Of a DNA stretch of 64,000 bases, positions 52,615 to 62,052 are shown piece after piece. Location: positions 1 through 64,000 of the forward strand of contig CAVPJU010000005.1 in NCBI GenBank assembly GCA_963705505.1, written 5' to 3'. The DNA comes from an uncultured bacterium. Its GTDB lineage: Bacteria; Desulfobacterota_D; UBA1144; Nemesobacterales; UBA2774. Within the stretch, counting starts at the first letter, position 1, and every line of letters begins with the position of its first letter. A program made the position numbers and the translations under genes. Below the pieces are notes generated by a model that searched no databases, was not told the origin of the DNA, and saw nothing but the letters and a program-made list of their open reading frames with translations.

Positions 52615-53137
52615 TTTTTTTCTTTGTCCTGATAACAAAAAAAATCAGCACACACAGTGTGTGGATTATGAAAAAGACAAAGAAAGGCAAATATTATTTC
52701 TTCTTTTCCTTGATGAAAAGAAGCAAAAATCACACACGTAGTGTGTTTCATGAAAAGACAGCACAGAATTAGCTAAAAATATCTTATTAAGGCGAAAATC
52801 TTTCAATTCCGCCCCAATTAGTATCAAGGCTTAGCGAAGCAAGACTCATGACATAATTGCATTTAGCGAATGGCGTCCGATTGTTTTGGCTTGAGTAGAT
52901 TATCCGAAGAACATCAGCATAGTGCATTCAGCTAAAGTCGTCCGATTGTGCGGTTTTTGATTTTTTTACTTGGTGCCCAATACATTTGCTTTATTGAAAT
53001 CTACCACTGGCGTCCAGTTCTTACGCTTGCTCAGAACTGTTGCTTACAATCGTTACTTGCTCGGAATCGTCCCATGAAAGATTTATTGACGCCTTAATAA
53101 TCTATTTTCTTAACGCCAATTCTGTGAATGTCGGGGG
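52615..53137 (+). repeat. Composite element, copy 17, triple-nested with an alternative middle cassette (~52815-53071)
   Basis: Middle stem GATTGT/ACAATC. Confidence 0.9.
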
Positions 53138-53189
53138 AGAAAAAGGCGTTCGGGAATGGCAGGAATATTGAGGTAAACCCCCACCAGAC

Positions 53190-53281
53190 TATTTTGGTTT
53201 AGGAAACGTTTAGCCTGAAGTGAAGTGGCTATGTTGCTATTGTTGGGAAAACGTCCTGACTGCTCGCTTGCTCGCAGCATG
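53190..53281 (+). mobile_element. Structured cassette related to 42249-42340
   Basis: TATTTTGG..ACGTCC..TCGCTTGCTC. Confidence 0.65.
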
Positions 53282-53369
53282 CCCTTAAGAAAAGGGGAGG
53301 GAAATTATTGAAAAATGTTTGATATGCGGGATCACCGCAGAAATCGTAGAATCGCGCTGTTTGCGTGTG

Positions 53370-54233
53370 CTAATACGAGTCTTCGATCCGGCGGGGGAAG
53401 CTGAAGACAGCGTCATCCAGCTTGGCGTTAATTTCAACCGTCGATACCTTTATTACTTCACTGCCCTCTCCGCTCTCTACGTCGAACTTGAAGTAGTAGG
53501 GGATGACCACACCGCCCGTTTCGATGTATTGATCGATTGTCGTGGTGGACGGAACTTCCTTGTCCTTAACTTTAGTAGTCCCTTTCACCAAGAACGGAAG
53601 GTATGTTTTGGCGTCGAGGTAGTAATAATCGACGTTCCCGCTTTTGAATCCGACCTTTATCTTGTAGGCGTCGTGGCCGTCGACTTTTTCCATTCCCATC
53701 AGCTCGATTTTATGACCTTTGTGCTTGTAGTCGATGAGCGGGCCGTCGAAGTCACACGTCTCCTTAAGGTCTTCCGCCTCGTCGCCCTTAAGCAATTCGG
53801 GCGCGCTGCCTTGGGTCGTGGGGTTGAATTTCCATGCGTCTTTACCGTCGTAAGACTGAATGAAATAGATGTGGCCGAGACTGAAGTCTATCCTGCACTT
53901 ATCGGGGCGCTTGTACACAATCGCCATCTGGAAGAGCTTACCCATCGAATCCATCTTGCCGGTGTATTTGAGCGAATGGACGTCGTTCCATTTCGCGGGG
54001 CCGCCGATCGCGTCGAAGTATTTGGTCAATATAGTGTCGAGGTCTTTGTCTGCTGGTACGGGAGCGGGTTCTTCCACCTGACCGGGCTGTTCCCGGGCTG
54101 CTTTATCAGGGGCAGCCGGCTTCTGCTCGGCCGTCTTCGGCTTCTCCTTTTCATCCGCGCGTCTGCACGAAACCATTCCCAGTAATCCGGTTACGGCTAT
54201 AGCAATCAAAATGACGTATAAATTCCTTCGCAT
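53370..54233 (-). CDS. Lipoprotein, probable LolA-like / lipoprotein-sorting fold
   Basis: GMVSC lipobox; YFDAIGG, YDGKDAW, YYLDAKTYLP. Confidence 0.75.
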   Translation of the reverse strand: MRRNLYVILIAIAVTGLLGMVSCRRADEKEKPKTAEQKPAAPDKAAREQPGQVEEPAPVPADKDLDTILTKYFDAIGGPAKWNDVHSLKYTGKMDSMGKLFQMAIVYKRPDKCRIDFSLGHIYFIQSYDGKDAWKFNPTTQGSAPELLKGDEAEDLKETCDFDGPLIDYKHKGHKIELMGMEKVDGHDAYKIKVGFKSGNVDYYYLDAKTYLPFLVKGTTKVKDKEVPSTTTIDQYIETGGVVIPYYFKFDVESGEGSEVIKVSTVEINAKLDDAVFSFPRRIEDSY

Positions 54234-54396
54234 CGGGCTACTCCTGAGTTTGTGTAGATACGATAATGAAGATTATAGGAAAAAGCTGGAATTACAATAG
54301 GAATTTAAAGGAACACCTTGATACGGGATAATCCGGGCGTAACAATGAGCCGCGCCATCGGTCAAGATGCGCCGATAATAAATATGAGGCAGGTAT

Positions 54397-55140
54397 TTAA
54401 CCGCCATATTTAAAGACGATTATACGGCAGGGCTCGCACCTGTACGCGTGGAGCTTGGGGCGCTTCACCCAGAAGGCCGTGCCCGGGAGTCCCGTCAGCA
54501 TGGTGGGGATTCCTATGGGGTCCTCCCTGTCCCTCCACGAGACGCCGCCGACTGTGGGCATGTAGCCTTCCGTCATCGGCGCGCCGCATTTCGGGCAGGC
54601 GAGTCCGCCTACGGGCATGCCGAGATCAGTCGTGAGGGGGACGAGTTTATCGCGTGGCGGTTTCCTGAATGACTTGTATATATAGTAGGTGAATCCGGCA
54701 GCGAGAAGGAGCAGGAATAGGGCGACCGCGACGAGGGACATAAGGAGATAAAGGTTAAGCTCGACGCTGTCGGGGAGAGTGCATTTCGACGGGTCTTCAG
54801 GGAGGTAGACCACGTTCAATATATCGTGCCTGGCTATGACGTCGTATGTGTATTTCGTCACGCGGAGAGTGCAGGCGGAGGTGATCCCCCGCGGCATGCG
54901 CAGGGAAACCACGATGCGGTGGTCGTCGGAAGGGGAAGTGATGCTTGCCCTGACGAGGCGTCCGTCCTCCATTATCCCCTTCATCGCGACTACAGCTGTC
55001 GTTTCGACGCCTCTGTCGCTGAGGGTTTCGTAGAACAGTAAGTCTCCGGCGTATTTGTAGAGTATCCAGGCGGGCACTGCAGCGAGCAGGACGAGGACGA
55101 GGATGGGGACGATTAGTTCGCTCTTGTTCTTCATTATCAT
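54397..55140 (-). CDS. Membrane protein with C-terminal zinc ribbon
   Basis: Two TMs; CPKCGAPMTEG..AYRCEPC. Confidence 0.75.
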   Translation of the reverse strand: MIMKNKSELIVPILVLVLLAAVPAWILYKYAGDLLFYETLSDRGVETTAVVAMKGIMEDGRLVRASITSPSDDHRIVVSLRMPRGITSACTLRVTKYTYDVIARHDILNVVYLPEDPSKCTLPDSVELNLYLLMSLVAVALFLLLLAAGFTYYIYKSFRKPPRDKLVPLTTDLGMPVGGLACPKCGAPMTEGYMPTVGGVSWRDREDPIGIPTMLTGLPGTAFWVKRPKLHAYRCEPCRIIVFKYGG

Positions 55141-55309
55141 TGGATATTTATGATTTAACAGCGTGCCGGGCCTGGCCGCATGCCCCTGACCGGGTGTTAC
55201 GGGTAATAATACATCTCTTTATGATATTCTGAAAAAGGCTCAGGGCGAACGGGGTTTCGACGCTAGATTGCCGCGTTTCATTTCAATACGCCTGCAATGG
55301 CAAAGAGAA

Positions 55310-55665
55310 GGCAAAGATATCTCTCTTCTTTTCCTTCAGGAAAAGAAGCAAAAATCGCACGTGTGTGCGTTTTATGAAAGACATAGAACAAAGATAAGGC
55401 AAACATATTTTCTTCTTTTCCTTGATGAAAAGAAGCAAAAATCATCCGACAGCACAGAATTGGCTAAAAACAGACTATCTCGACTAAAATCTTTTAATTC
55501 AGCCCCAATTAGTATTAAGGCTTAGCGAAGCAAGACTCATGACATAATTGCATTTAGCGAATGGCGTCCGATTGCTTTGGCTTGAGTTGCTCGGAACCGT
55601 CCCCTAAAAGATTTTTACGTCTCGATAATCTGTTTTCTTAACGCCAATTCTGTGTATGTCGGGGA
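55310..55665 (+). repeat. Composite element, copy 18, internally deleted nested cassette
   Basis: GGCGTCCGATTGCTTTGGCTTGAG joined directly to TTGCTCGGAACCGTCCCC. Confidence 0.88.
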
Positions 55666-55809
55666 AAAGAAAAGATTTTCGGGAATTACATGTCCCTGCG
55701 TTCTTCGATCCTTCAACAGGCTCAGGACGAACGGGGTGGAAAATGAGATTCTGAAACAAGTTCAGAATGACTGATATTTTGTGAATGAGAGGTAGATGCG
55801 ATGTGTGCA

Positions 55810-56667
55810 TCAGGGCATGTTGAAAATGCCGGGGTCGAGTGACGAATTCAGTGTGACCGATTCCACAACGTAATCTTCGTGGGGTCCGCCGCCTTTCTTG
55901 TCGATCGCGAGTCTGAAGGGGACGACGACGTTCCCGGTTTTCCTGTAGTCTTCGAATTTCGTCATCATTACGATCTCGCTGCCTTCGACCGTGTAGAACC
56001 CGATCGTCTTGAGGGGGAGGAACCTGGACGCGTCGAGGAAATAGAACTGGAAATTCCCCGTGGGGTATGTGACCTTTATCTTGTAAGTCTCTTTGCCGTC
56101 GACGGACTCCATGCCCTCGAGCGAGACCTTGTGTTTCTTCTTCGCGTAGTCGATGAGCGGGCTTTCGACACCGCACCTGTCGCTGAGGTAATTCGTACGC
56201 GCGCGGTCGAGGGGCTCCGGGGAGGGCTTGTCCGAGATGGGGTTTTGCTGCCACGCGGTCTCCCCGTTATACGCCTGAATGACGAGCTTGCCGCCTATCG
56301 AGTATTCGACCCTGCATTTATCGGGGCGCATGTACTCCGCGGTCGTGGTGAACTCCCTCTTCTGGGAGAGTATTTTCCCCTTGATTACCAATGTGTTTAC
56401 AGACTGCCAGCTTCCGAGACCGCCTATCGCCCGGTAGTAATTACGGAGGACTTCATCGAGTGTGAGGCTTTTCGCGGCGTCGTTGACTGCCGCCGGCTTA
56501 TCTGCCGGGGGCTCCGCTTTTACGGGCTGTTTAGGCTCACTTTTGGCGATCACGTACGCTCCGCCGTCCTGAGACAGTGCGGGGAGAGGGAAAGATAGCG
56601 CTGCTATAAGCGCCGCTCCGATGAGTAGTCTGGTCAAGCCTTTGCTCCTGTATGGGTTTCGATGCAA
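55810..56667 (-). CDS. Secreted paralog of 53370-54233
   Basis: YYRAIGG, RPDKCR, YNGETAW, PLIDY. Confidence 0.75.
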   Translation of the reverse strand: MHRNPYRSKGLTRLLIGAALIAALSFPLPALSQDGGAYVIAKSEPKQPVKAEPPADKPAAVNDAAKSLTLDEVLRNYYRAIGGLGSWQSVNTLVIKGKILSQKREFTTTAEYMRPDKCRVEYSIGGKLVIQAYNGETAWQQNPISDKPSPEPLDRARTNYLSDRCGVESPLIDYAKKKHKVSLEGMESVDGKETYKIKVTYPTGNFQFYFLDASRFLPLKTIGFYTVEGSEIVMMTKFEDYRKTGNVVVPFRLAIDKKGGGPHEDYVVESVTLNSSLDPGIFNMP

Positions 56668-56807
56668 CGAAAAAGAATAAAGGATGGTGGGGGAATTTCA
56701 AAGGGGGAAAGGAAAGATGAGATTGCTGCGCTTTACTCCCGGATTTGCCAGCAGGCTACATCGGGACAAATCGCTCCCTCACAATGACAAAGAAAAAGTA
56801 TAGATAA

Positions 56808-57160
56808 TATCTTCTTTGTCTTGATACAAAGAAGCAAAAATCACACACATAGTGTGGTCTTTCGAAAAGACGGATAAAAGAGAAGGCAAATATATTTCTC
56901 TTCTTTTCCTTGATGAAAAGAAGCAAAAATCACACACGTAGTGTGACGACTGCACAGAATTGTGCTAAAAATATCTTAGTTAAGGCTATAATCTTTCAAT
57001 CCCACCCTAATTAGTATCAAGGTTTAGTGAAGCAAGACTCGTGAAATAATTGTATTTAGCGAGTGGCGTCCGATTCCTTACTTGCTCGGAATCGTCCCAT
57101 GAAAGATTTTCACGCCTTAATAATCTATTTTCTTAACGCAAATTCTGTGAATGTCGGGGA
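56808..57160 (+). repeat. Composite element, copy 19, single cassette (~57008-57096)
   Basis: Same modules. Confidence 0.9.
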
Positions 57161-57333
57161 AGAAGAAATACCCTCTGGATTGATAGGGGTACTAAGGTAA
57201 ACCCCCCACCCGAACCCTCCCCCACTTTGAAAAGGGGGGAGGGAAAAAATATTAATGCTTCGACAGGCTCTCGAAATGACGCAGATGATATTGCCTTGCT
57301 TCCTTGCAATGACGGATTAGAGATTGTGGTGAT

Positions 57334-57699
57334 CTATTTTTCCTCTTCGCTCAGGCGGTCGTAGGCGCGGTCGATGTGGACCTGCCATGGGGAAAGCTCG
57401 GGATGTGAGGAAACGAGGCGCGCGAGCTCGTCGATTTTGTCCCGTCTGCCCTTATGACTCCATATCTTCGCCCCAAGCTCTATCGCGGGGATGGTAGTGA
57501 TGTCGAACTCTCCCGAGAAGCGTTTCGTGTTTTCGATGAGGGAGGGGATGAGGGGGAGCGAGAGCTCGCAGTATTTCAGCACCATGAGGTTGTAGCCGTT
57601 CCGGACGTTTTCCGTGATCATGTTCAGGTAGTAGAAGTATTTGTCGACGTCGGCGGCGAGGTACTTGTCGCTTCCGGGGTCTGATTTAGTGTCTGACAT
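57334..57699 (-). CDS. Hypothetical protein
   Basis: ORF from MSDTKS with upstream purine-rich RBS. Confidence 0.65.
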   Translation of the reverse strand: MSDTKSDPGSDKYLAADVDKYFYYLNMITENVRNGYNLMVLKYCELSLPLIPSLIENTKRFSGEFDITTIPAIELGAKIWSHKGRRDKIDELARLVSSHPELSPWQVHIDRAYDRLSEEEK

Positions 57700-57990
57700 G
57701 GTGATTTCCTTTTGCTCCTGAAAAATATAATCGGAGGCGGGGGAAAGGCAATGAGGTGTCGGCAGCTTTCCATGATGGAAGGGAGTGGAGGAATGAAAAA
57801 GGATGCCTGAATTGACCCCGTGTCGTAGCACGGGACTGGGTTCAGGATAAGGTACAGAGGTATAATTGCGGGTGGAAGCCGTTCCTCCGGATTTAATACA
57901 CAAAAAATGAGATTATCTTGAACATTTTGAGGGATTTTGGGTGTATAATGAATGGAAATTATGCGGTTAATTCAAATAGGAGGATTCCTG

Positions 57991-58248
57991 ATGACGAGGA
58001 AAATTTTGTATATGGCGCTCGTGATTGGCGCGTTAGCTCTGGGAGCATGCGCCGGGCAGAACGAGAGCGCACAGCAGGACGACCACTTCGACATGAGCAT
58101 ATGCAACAACATCCCGGTAAGTGTCGAGGCGTACGAGGCGATGGATCCCAAAAGCAAGCAGGCCAAGATTAGCTGCGCCGATCTAGAGAGGTGCGCGTCG
58201 TATATGGGTAACGACACGCCGCCGAACGTGCCTTGTGAGGGGCCTTGA
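57991..58248 (+). CDS. Small Cys-containing lipoprotein
   Basis: RBS AGGAGG; lipobox LGAC. Confidence 0.7.
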   Translation: MTRKILYMALVIGALALGACAGQNESAQQDDHFDMSICNNIPVSVEAYEAMDPKSKQAKISCADLERCASYMGNDTPPNVPCEGP

Positions 58249-58381
58249 TTGTAATAGTATGGGAAATGGAGGATTAAGGAAAAACACCCCCATCCACACC
58301 TTCCCCCTTTCTAAGGGGAAGGGAATGAAAGGAATGGATTCCCGATCGTGGTCGGGAATGACAAAAAAATCCATCCTAACC

Positions 58382-58697
58382 TAATTTGGGATATAGCAAC
58401 ATTGAACCCGAAGTTAATCTCCTTCGGCGCTCTTGTAGGGGTAGGGCGTCCGAATGCGCGCTTGCTTGCGTTCGTCCCCCTTTACAAAACCCTCTCCCAT
58501 GCAGGGGAGTGGGAAATAAAAACTTGTATTGCCTGAGTGCCGTGGTAAGGAGACTTATTTGCAATCAGCCAATGGCGTCCGGTTCTTGCTAATTTGGTTT
58601 CTACAACATCAACACGGAGTGATATTCGCGTTCATGGATTCAACCAGTAGAGCGACCGAATTCTTCACTTGCTCGAGAATTGTTGTTCAGAACCGTT
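58382..58697 (+). mobile_element. One cassette (58382-58476) and a double-nested cassette (~58515-58697; inner 58590-58684)
   Basis: TAATTTGG starts; stems GAATGC/GCGTTC, GGTTCT/AGAACC, AATTCT/AGAATT. Confidence 0.65.
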
Positions 58698-58792
58698 ATT
58701 CGGGAATGACAAAAATGAGATTGCAACGCTCGCAGGAACATACGAAAGGGATAGTTTTCTCGCTAGGCTCGAAGATGTACGATTTTTAATAT

Positions 58793-60295
58793 CTAATCCA
58801 TCTTCTTGAACCTGCCGAGGGATTCGTCGTTGAATTCCGTGACGTTGCCCTTCGCGTCGATGACGAAGGTTACCTCGTCAGGGGCGGATATGAAGATGGG
58901 CCAGCTCAGGTAGAAGGTGTCGTAGTTCACGTGCGCAAGGGTGCCCGTGTATTTCGCGGGGCCGGCTTCGATCTTTAAATTGTCGCCGTCCCTGAGCACC
59001 GAGAATTGACCGTAGAGGTCGTTCTCGTAAGTCCCGGTGTAGGCGTCGAGGTCCTTGCTCGGGGGCTTCGGGTTCTCTGGCATCACGGTCTTGTTAATGC
59101 CCAACATCTCTGTCATCTTCTTTGACCTGTCCATTATGGCTTCCTGCATATCGTAGTCGGCTTCGCCCAGGTACTGCTCCAGTATGAATGCGCGGACGGC
59201 TTCGGGGAGGACAGTCAGGTTCATATTTGCCAGCACGACTATCCCGAGCTTCAAGTCGGGCACGAGGACGACTATAGTCCTGTAACCGTCGAGCGCGCCG
59301 CCTTTCTCGAGTATCTTGTGGTTCTGCCAGTAGTAGATACCCCAGGCGAGCCCGTAGCTGAACCCCGTATCGTCCGAGATGGGGGGGAGCTCGGCGAATG
59401 AGGGTTTGTCCACCATAGCCGGCGTGAAAAGCTGCTCGACCGATTCGGGCTTGAGTATTTCCTTGCCCCTGAATTTACCGCCGTCGAGGTGCATGATGAG
59501 ATAACGGGCGAGGTCGGACGCCGACGAAGTCATAGCTCCCGCGGGGGCCAGCACCCTCTGCTCATTGAAAGGTATTACCTTTGTCTCGCCGTTGACTACG
59601 GCGTGGGGATAGGCGACGTTCTTCTCTTTATCGATCTCGTAAGTGAAGCCCGTGTGCTTGAGGCCGAGGGGCTTTATGATGTTCTCCCTCACCACGTCTT
59701 CCCACGACGAGTCGGCGGCATAGGCGGCTGTCTCGCCCGCGAGGAAGTAACCGATGTTGGAGTAATTTGCCTCTTCCCTGAAGCTGCAGGCCGGGGTGAA
59801 ATAGCGGACGCGTCTTATGACTTCCCCCCTCGAATAGCCGAGGTGGTCGAATATGTCGCCCGTGAACGGGGGAAGGCCGGTGCGGTGGGCGAGCAGGTCG
59901 CGCGGGGTCGTGAAACGTGTGGAATAGGGGTCCATGAGGGCGAAGTCGGGGATTATCTTTATGACTTCCTCGTCGAAGCTCATCTTGCCCCTGTCGACCA
60001 TGGAGGCGACCGACGCCGCGGTGAATGTTTTGGTGACTGACGCGAGCTGGAATACGGTATCGCCGTCCACTTTCTCTTTCGTATCGACGTTCCTGACGCC
60101 GAATCCCTTGAGATAAACGACGTCGCCGTCCTTAACGACAGCGACCGCCACCCCGGGGACGTCGTACTGTTCCATGGCAAGCTCGATGAACGCGTCCAGG
60201 CCTTCGAGTTTTTCCTCGGCGATGAGGGTACCGCGAGACCCCGCAGCTATAAAAAGGGCAAGTATTACCGAAGCGATAACCGATTTCCTCGTCAT
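58793..60295 (-). CDS. Serine hydrolase, beta-lactamase class C family, with DUF3471-like C-terminal domain
   Basis: ASVTK (SxxK), LLAHRTG, YSN, YTGTYENDLYG. Confidence 0.9.
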   Translation of the reverse strand: MTRKSVIASVILALFIAAGSRGTLIAEEKLEGLDAFIELAMEQYDVPGVAVAVVKDGDVVYLKGFGVRNVDTKEKVDGDTVFQLASVTKTFTAASVASMVDRGKMSFDEEVIKIIPDFALMDPYSTRFTTPRDLLAHRTGLPPFTGDIFDHLGYSRGEVIRRVRYFTPACSFREEANYSNIGYFLAGETAAYAADSSWEDVVRENIIKPLGLKHTGFTYEIDKEKNVAYPHAVVNGETKVIPFNEQRVLAPAGAMTSSASDLARYLIMHLDGGKFRGKEILKPESVEQLFTPAMVDKPSFAELPPISDDTGFSYGLAWGIYYWQNHKILEKGGALDGYRTIVVLVPDLKLGIVVLANMNLTVLPEAVRAFILEQYLGEADYDMQEAIMDRSKKMTEMLGINKTVMPENPKPPSKDLDAYTGTYENDLYGQFSVLRDGDNLKIEAGPAKYTGTLAHVNYDTFYLSWPIFISAPDEVTFVIDAKGNVTEFNDESLGRFKKMD

Positions 60296-60686
60296 AACTT
60301 ATCCTCCAGTATATTTTTCGGCCGGTACTTTCAACGTAACATGAAACGGGCGGGTTAACAATAAAAAAGAGGGGGGGATGGTTTTTAGATTTAGCTTATC
60401 CTTCGACAAGCTCAGGATGGAGGGGGTTTTTATAAATAATAAGGTAAACCCCCACCCGCGCCCTCCCCCTTGGAAAGGGGGAGGGAATAAAAGAGGAAGG
60501 AGAAGTCCACCCCGGTTCTCTCGTCAGGGCGGAGCCTGCTGGAGGACGGCCTTTTTCTATGGGGGGAAATAAGGAAATGATGGATTAAAACTTTGTGCGG
60601 GGCCGGGCGTATATATTTACAGGCGCGTTTGATATAATTGAGAATACATGGTTTGTTTTATTGGAAATCCATACAGGAGGGGTTTA

Positions 60687-61139
60687 ATGTTCGGACGTGA
60701 CTTTTTTGTTATCATTCTGACAGGCGCGCTCACGGTTATGACGTTCACGGGTGGTGCGGAAAAGGCAAAAGGGCAGGATGCGGACTGCGCCCAGCTCGAG
60801 TCGCAGATACAGCAGGCGGAGCAGGTATATAAGGATGCCCACCACAAGCAGGTGGACGCTTTCAGGGACTGGGACAAGTACTACAAGGCTCTCCATTCAG
60901 ACACCTATGAGGGAACGGAGGAGCCGCTTGCGGACACCGCTCAAAAGTGCGAGTCGGACGAGTCGAAGGGGAATTACTGCAGCGGCGCGATGGAGGACTA
61001 TGAGACTATATCGGCCAGCGAGCAGAAGGCTAAAGCGAAGCTCGACGCGGCGAAGGCCGAAGCGGATCAGGCGGAGGCGAATCTGAGCGAGCTCAAGGCG
61101 AAGGCTGAGGCAAACGCATGCGATGCAGGGGGACAGTGA
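60687..61139 (+). CDS. Secreted coiled-coil hypothetical protein
   Basis: RBS AGGAGG, signal peptide. Confidence 0.7.
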   Translation: MFGRDFFVIILTGALTVMTFTGGAEKAKGQDADCAQLESQIQQAEQVYKDAHHKQVDAFRDWDKYYKALHSDTYEGTEEPLADTAQKCESDESKGNYCSGAMEDYETISASEQKAKAKLDAAKAEADQAEANLSELKAKAEANACDAGGQ

Positions 61140-61295
61140 GTAAGTGGTATTAGGTTAATTGGCGAAGGCGGATGAGTAGAAAAACTTGCATATGAGCATA
61201 CATTGTGTGCCTCAGAGTATGCGGGTTTATCACCCCCACCCGTACCCTACCCCCGGGAAGGGGAGGGAATTGATATGTTGGGAGAGGAGAGGGAG

Positions 61296-61568
61296 ATGAA
61301 TACGCAGGTTTCGGAGACGGGGGAGAAGGCGATTTCGGTCGTGAACTGGCTTGGGACTATTTTAGTCGCATTCGTTCCGCTCATAAATATTATAGTTCTT
61401 TTCTACTGGTCGCTCGGAAGGGATATCGACCCTAACAGGAGGAACTTCAGCAGGGCGGGCCTGATAGTCATCGGTATCTTGACGGTCCTTATACTGTCGG
61501 TCTTTTACTACATGATTATTTCCATTGATCCTCATGAAAGGATTAAGGCTTTTATGATGATGGACTGA
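61296..61568 (+). CDS. Small two-TM membrane protein
   Basis: SVVNWLGTIL..PLINII..NRRNFSRA. Confidence 0.7.
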   Translation: MNTQVSETGEKAISVVNWLGTILVAFVPLINIIVLFYWSLGRDIDPNRRNFSRAGLIVIGILTVLILSVFYYMIISIDPHERIKAFMMMD

Positions 61569-61642
61569 GGGGGAGGAGTAGAGTGTGAGCAAGATTGCTG
61601 CACTTCACGCTTTTAGGAATGACAAAGAAAAAGCAAAGGTAA

Positions 61643-61897
61643 TATCTTCTTTGTCTTGATACAAAGAAGCAAAAATCACACACATAGTGTGGTCTTTCGA
61701 AAAGACGGATAAAAGAGAAGGCAAATATATTTCTCTTCTTTTCCTTGATGAAAAGAAGCAAAAATCATCGACTGCACAGAATTGTGCTGAAAATTTCTTA
61801 TTAAGGCGAAAATCTTTCAATTCCTCCCACACCCCTGAAAGATTTATTGACGCCTTAATAATCTGTTTTCTTAACGCCAATTCTGTGAATGTCGGGA
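61643..61897 (+). repeat. Composite element, copy 20 (empty apex)
   Basis: Same modules. Confidence 0.9.
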
Positions 61898-62052
61898 AAG
61901 ACAAAGAGCGTTAAGGAATAAAGAGCAAGGACACCCCCATCCTTTCCTTCCCCCTTGAATGGGGAAGGAAATACATGGTGTGAAGTTCGATTGATTGATT
62001 TTTACTTTCCGGTATCAGACGGTTAATCTCATGCGACCGGCAGGAGACGACC

